Shown here piece by piece: positions 62,001 to 64,000 of a stretch of 64,000 nucleotides of DNA. Each line of letters opens with the position of its first letter. The first letter of the stretch is position 1. The stretch is from NCBI GenBank assembly GCA_000934665.2, contig JYFJ02001087.1:1-64000 (forward strand), read 5' to 3'. The notes beneath the pieces are model-generated. The model was not told the origin of the DNA, did not search any database, and saw only the letters and a list, made by a program, of their open reading frames with translations. A program made the translations under genes and the position numbers. Source of the DNA: Catajapyx aquilonaris (Eukaryota).

Positions 62001-64000
62001 TATTTGCAGTCCTGTTAGGTGCATGGAAAAAAACTAGTCTGCTTTTCAGAATTTTTGTGAGAGTTTTTTTTTGCGGCTGGAAAAGGGGTTGGTTAGTTGG
62101 GTTCACTGGAAGGGGGGACACTTTTGGTCCAACCGATACGCCTCGCATGTGTAATTTGGCCCAAAGCGGTGTCCTCTTGGGCATTGTGTTTGTGCTGTGG
62201 GGAAGTGCCGCACTTTCGCTTCTCCTGTGATCATGTTGATAGAATCTGGCAGGAAAGACAGTATATCGGGGCCCATTTTGCCAGGGGAAATGTGCTAAGA
62301 GTAGTTTGCCAGCAAAGAGCCCAGTCTGAACCTATAACGGAATACTGGCAACATAACAATCCTTAATGCGTACAACTTATAATACTGTTGGATTTCAGGG
62401 GTTTCAGTACGAAGTGACCTGCTGCTATGGGTTTGCCATGGACCTGTTATTGAGTGTGTCTAAAGAACTTCATTTCGACTTCCACCTGTACGTGGTCGCC
62501 GACGGTTGGAGTGGCGCCAAGAGAGGCTCCAAATGGAACGGGTTGGTCGCAGACCTGGTTTCCGGAGCTGCACATCTAAGTTTTGCACCTCTCAGCGTCA
62601 TCTCGACCCGATCTGAAGTGAGTATGCTCTTTTCTCATGGGGAACGTCACTCGGTTCAAAGTTTCTCTCAGGGGAGGGACAAATTTCTAATCGGAATTGG
62701 AATCCGTGCACTTGCACAGTAGCCAATTCCTTTCAAGAGTTGAGCACTTTTCAATTCAATAAAATGTGCTGGAAGTGCAGTGACATCGTGTATACATCAC
62801 CGGTAATTTATATCCTGCCCCAAATCCTTCAGATCAAGGGATACCTATTGACTTCCTTTAGTCTACTCAAGACAAATTCAAGTACAATTACACAATAACA
62901 ATTTAATTGGAGAGCCACAAACCACACTCAACTATTGATAGGCAACATCCCCAATGAATCAGAGAGAATGGGTAGTAAATTAGCCTGAATTGTGCCCTCA
63001 GGAATTCTCTTGCCAATAACAATCTCCTGACATGACCTCCCACAATGCAATGTTAGTTGTCGTTGAAAATTCAGACCATGGATATTCCAGGTGATCCTCC
63101 TTTGCCATAGGATCAGCTCGAAGAAACAGCTTTCACGTCAGGAGAGATTGATACTTTTGCTGGCTACTGTATACAGTACTGCCATCCAGTCACAAGTTGA
63201 CGGATTTCTCTAATAAAAAAGGGCACGTCCAGGACCTGAGGGCATGAGTCACGCCATATTGGATTTGTGTCAGGGATCACTTGTAACCTGTAACATCCTA
63301 GGTTAGGTTGTTGCAGTGGGGGACACTGCGGCTGTGTTATACTTCTGGGAGGGACGGGTATTGTGGAGGCCTCCAAATCCCTAGGCCCAATCTTAACCTA
63401 CAAAGACACAGGGAGCCTGGGGAGAGACAAAGAGGAAAGTGTCTGGTGGGAAGATAGATGAAGCAAGTGGCGCCAAAAAGGGGGTTGCAAGCTGCACCCA
63501 TGGGAAGAATCCCCTTTCCCCTGGATGGGGATGCAGCAGGCTTCCCACTAAACTTGTCACGCTTGATTCCTCATCCGGGCCCTTCCCTGGGAGGGTTTCT
63601 GGGGAGCTTAGGGGACGACATGGAGGCTCCACGCTTGATTTATTTCCATCAACCGCACCGAGATGCGACAGAAGGAAGCGTGTAACGTGATTACATGACC
63701 TGGTTTTCTTCCGCAAAGTCCGGCACAATCATGGATTCCCCTGCCGGACGCGACCTCATGCGGCAGCGCGGGGGACGCGCGTCCCCACGCGCCTATAGTG
63801 ACGTCACTCGCCTCACCCTTTGTTTGTTCCTTTCGTTTCAGGTGCTAGACTACTCCGTCCCGTTCCTGTACTCGGGGATCTCGTTTGTTCAGGCGGCGTC
63901 GTGTTATTACGACGTTCCTCTGTTGGCCTTTCTGGTCCCCTTCAGCCCCGAGCTCTGGATAGCCATCTTGATTAGCCTGAACATCACGGCCATCGCAGTG
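24496..64000 (+). CDS. Ionotropic glutamate receptor, NMDA class (probably arthropod NMDAR3/GluN3-like), 5' part; join(24496..24612,28065..28325,45435..46186,57767..58043,61148..61309,62399..62617,63842..>64000)
   Basis: Seven exons, all GT-AG, intron phases 0,0,2,0,0,0, giving 649 uninterrupted codons. iGluR/NMDA motifs: signal peptide; ATD (GLGPSVSQLAEAMRRLL..QWHTFTVI, GDWVWIV, YPVGLLAL); IIWPGG; RVVT...PPF; NMDA-type cysteine loop (TCIKGRTC...CCYGFAMDLL); FDFHLYVVADG; WNGLVADLVSGAAHLSFAPLSVISTRSEVLDYSVPF; AFLVPFSPELW into M1. Confidence 0.93.
28065..28325 (+). CDS. NMDA-type receptor coding exon 2 (ATD, R1 lobe)
   Basis: Acceptor TCTCTTTCGGACAG|, donor AAG|GTTAGC; 87 codons MLNKTLAAVN...LEQVCSTVEQQRIGVFLAL...GVPVVGV...HADK; GC-rich codon usage. 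Confidence 0.88.
37288..37368. repeat. (ACT)27 microsatellite
   Basis: Perfect trinucleotide run in the intron between coding exons 2 and 3. Confidence 0.97.
45435..46186 (+). CDS. NMDA-type receptor coding exon 3 (ATD)
   Basis: Acceptor TTTTCTTTTCCCCAG|, donor CAG|GTAGGT (phase 2); GLSPYYVGLGPSVSQLAEAM...GVIVLLCD...LHMLSGDWVWIV...YPVGLLALR...SCW. Confidence 0.93.
46238..46462. mobile_element. About 225-bp palindromic (fold-back) MITE-like element
   Basis: Left arm TTTACG..CTCGCGATTTGAGCCTCGGTCGCACGACCAGACACTTTGCCACCGACAAAAATGGGTTC is nearly the reverse complement of the right arm GAACCTATTTTTGTCGGTCGCAAAGCGTCTGGTCGTGCGACAAAGGCTCAAATCGTGAG..CGTAAA. Inner arms (CGGAACGACT..GAGGCATATGCGACCG / CGGTCGCATGCCTC..AGTTGTTCCG) also pair. 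No clear target-site duplication. Confidence 0.75.
46984..47052. repeat. (TTA)23 microsatellite
   Basis: Perfect trinucleotide run; explains the poly-Leu ORF 46894..47136. Confidence 0.97.
57767..58043 (+). CDS. NMDA-type receptor coding exon 4 (end of ATD, linker)
   Basis: Acceptor TATTTGCAG| supplies the G completing the AG-G Arg codon; ...FDLLNLV...KVWRPVGTI...LETIIWPGG...GKK; donor AAG|GTACGT. Confidence 0.92.
58112..58206. repeat. Short imperfect inverted repeat
   Basis: CAACAGTGACGTGAT (58122-58136) / ATCACGTCACAGTTG (58167-58181), 14 of 15 complementary, enclosed by TTGGGA/TCCCAA. Confidence 0.6.
61148..61309 (+). CDS. NMDA-type receptor coding exon 5 (start of S1, loop 1)
   Basis: Acceptor CTTTTCTGCCCTCAG|; VYRVVTMWAPPFMMEED..TCIKGRTCLRIRTADKDNITLIF...NQ; donor CAG|GTGGGA. 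Confidence 0.9.
62399..62617 (+). CDS. NMDA-type receptor coding exon 6 (S1 ligand-binding segment)
   Basis: GFQYEVTCCYGFAMDLL...FDFHLYVVADGWSGAKRGSKWNGLVADLVSGAAHLSFAPLSVISTRSE; donor GAA|GTGAGT. A second in-frame acceptor would start the exon at 62408. Confidence 0.95.
63842..64000 (+). CDS. NMDA-type receptor coding exon 7 (end of S1, pre-M1, M1), truncated by the window edge
   Basis: Acceptor TTTCGTTTCAG|; VLDYSVPFLYSGISFVQAASCYYDVPLLAFLVPFSPELWIAILISLNITAIAV. Not listed in the ORF track. Confidence 0.95.
   Translation, partial: MLDYSVPFLYSGISFVQAASCYYDVPLLAFLVPFSPELWIAILISLNITAIAV

Noticed and set aside
1181..64000. A functional link between the glycine tRNA cluster and a possibly glycine-binding receptor gene
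   Set aside because: Only proximity supports it; tRNA-Gly genes are numerous and dispersed, so coincidence is the default.

Overview
Eukaryotic, most likely arthropod, genomic DNA. Most of the window (about 23.9 kb to the end, + strand) is the 5' part of one intron-rich ionotropic glutamate receptor gene of the NMDA class, probably the arthropod NMDAR3/GluN3-like type. Seven coding exons with canonical GT-AG sites and consistent phases join into 649 codons (signal peptide, amino-terminal domain, S1 ligand-binding segment, pre-M1/M1), and the gene runs off the right edge. The most unusual part is the first 3 kb. A canonical tRNA-Gly(GCC) gene (1181-1251) is followed by two locally duplicated tRNA-Gly-derived genes (1676-1770, 2887-2990). 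These keep identical D and T arms (Pol III A/B boxes) and an oligo-T terminator, but the anticodon arm is replaced by a long bulged hairpin capped by a palindromic GGCC apex. Several compensatory base-pair changes suggest a selected tRNA-scaffolded non-coding RNA rather than simple pseudogenes. The rest is intronic/intergenic sequence with a 225-bp palindromic MITE-like element, a 32-bp Harbinger-like mini-element, two microsatellites, a promoter-like island and a uORF-rich 5' UTR. Almost all other ORFs in the supplied track look spurious. All calls come from reading the sequence; no searches or folding programs were run.
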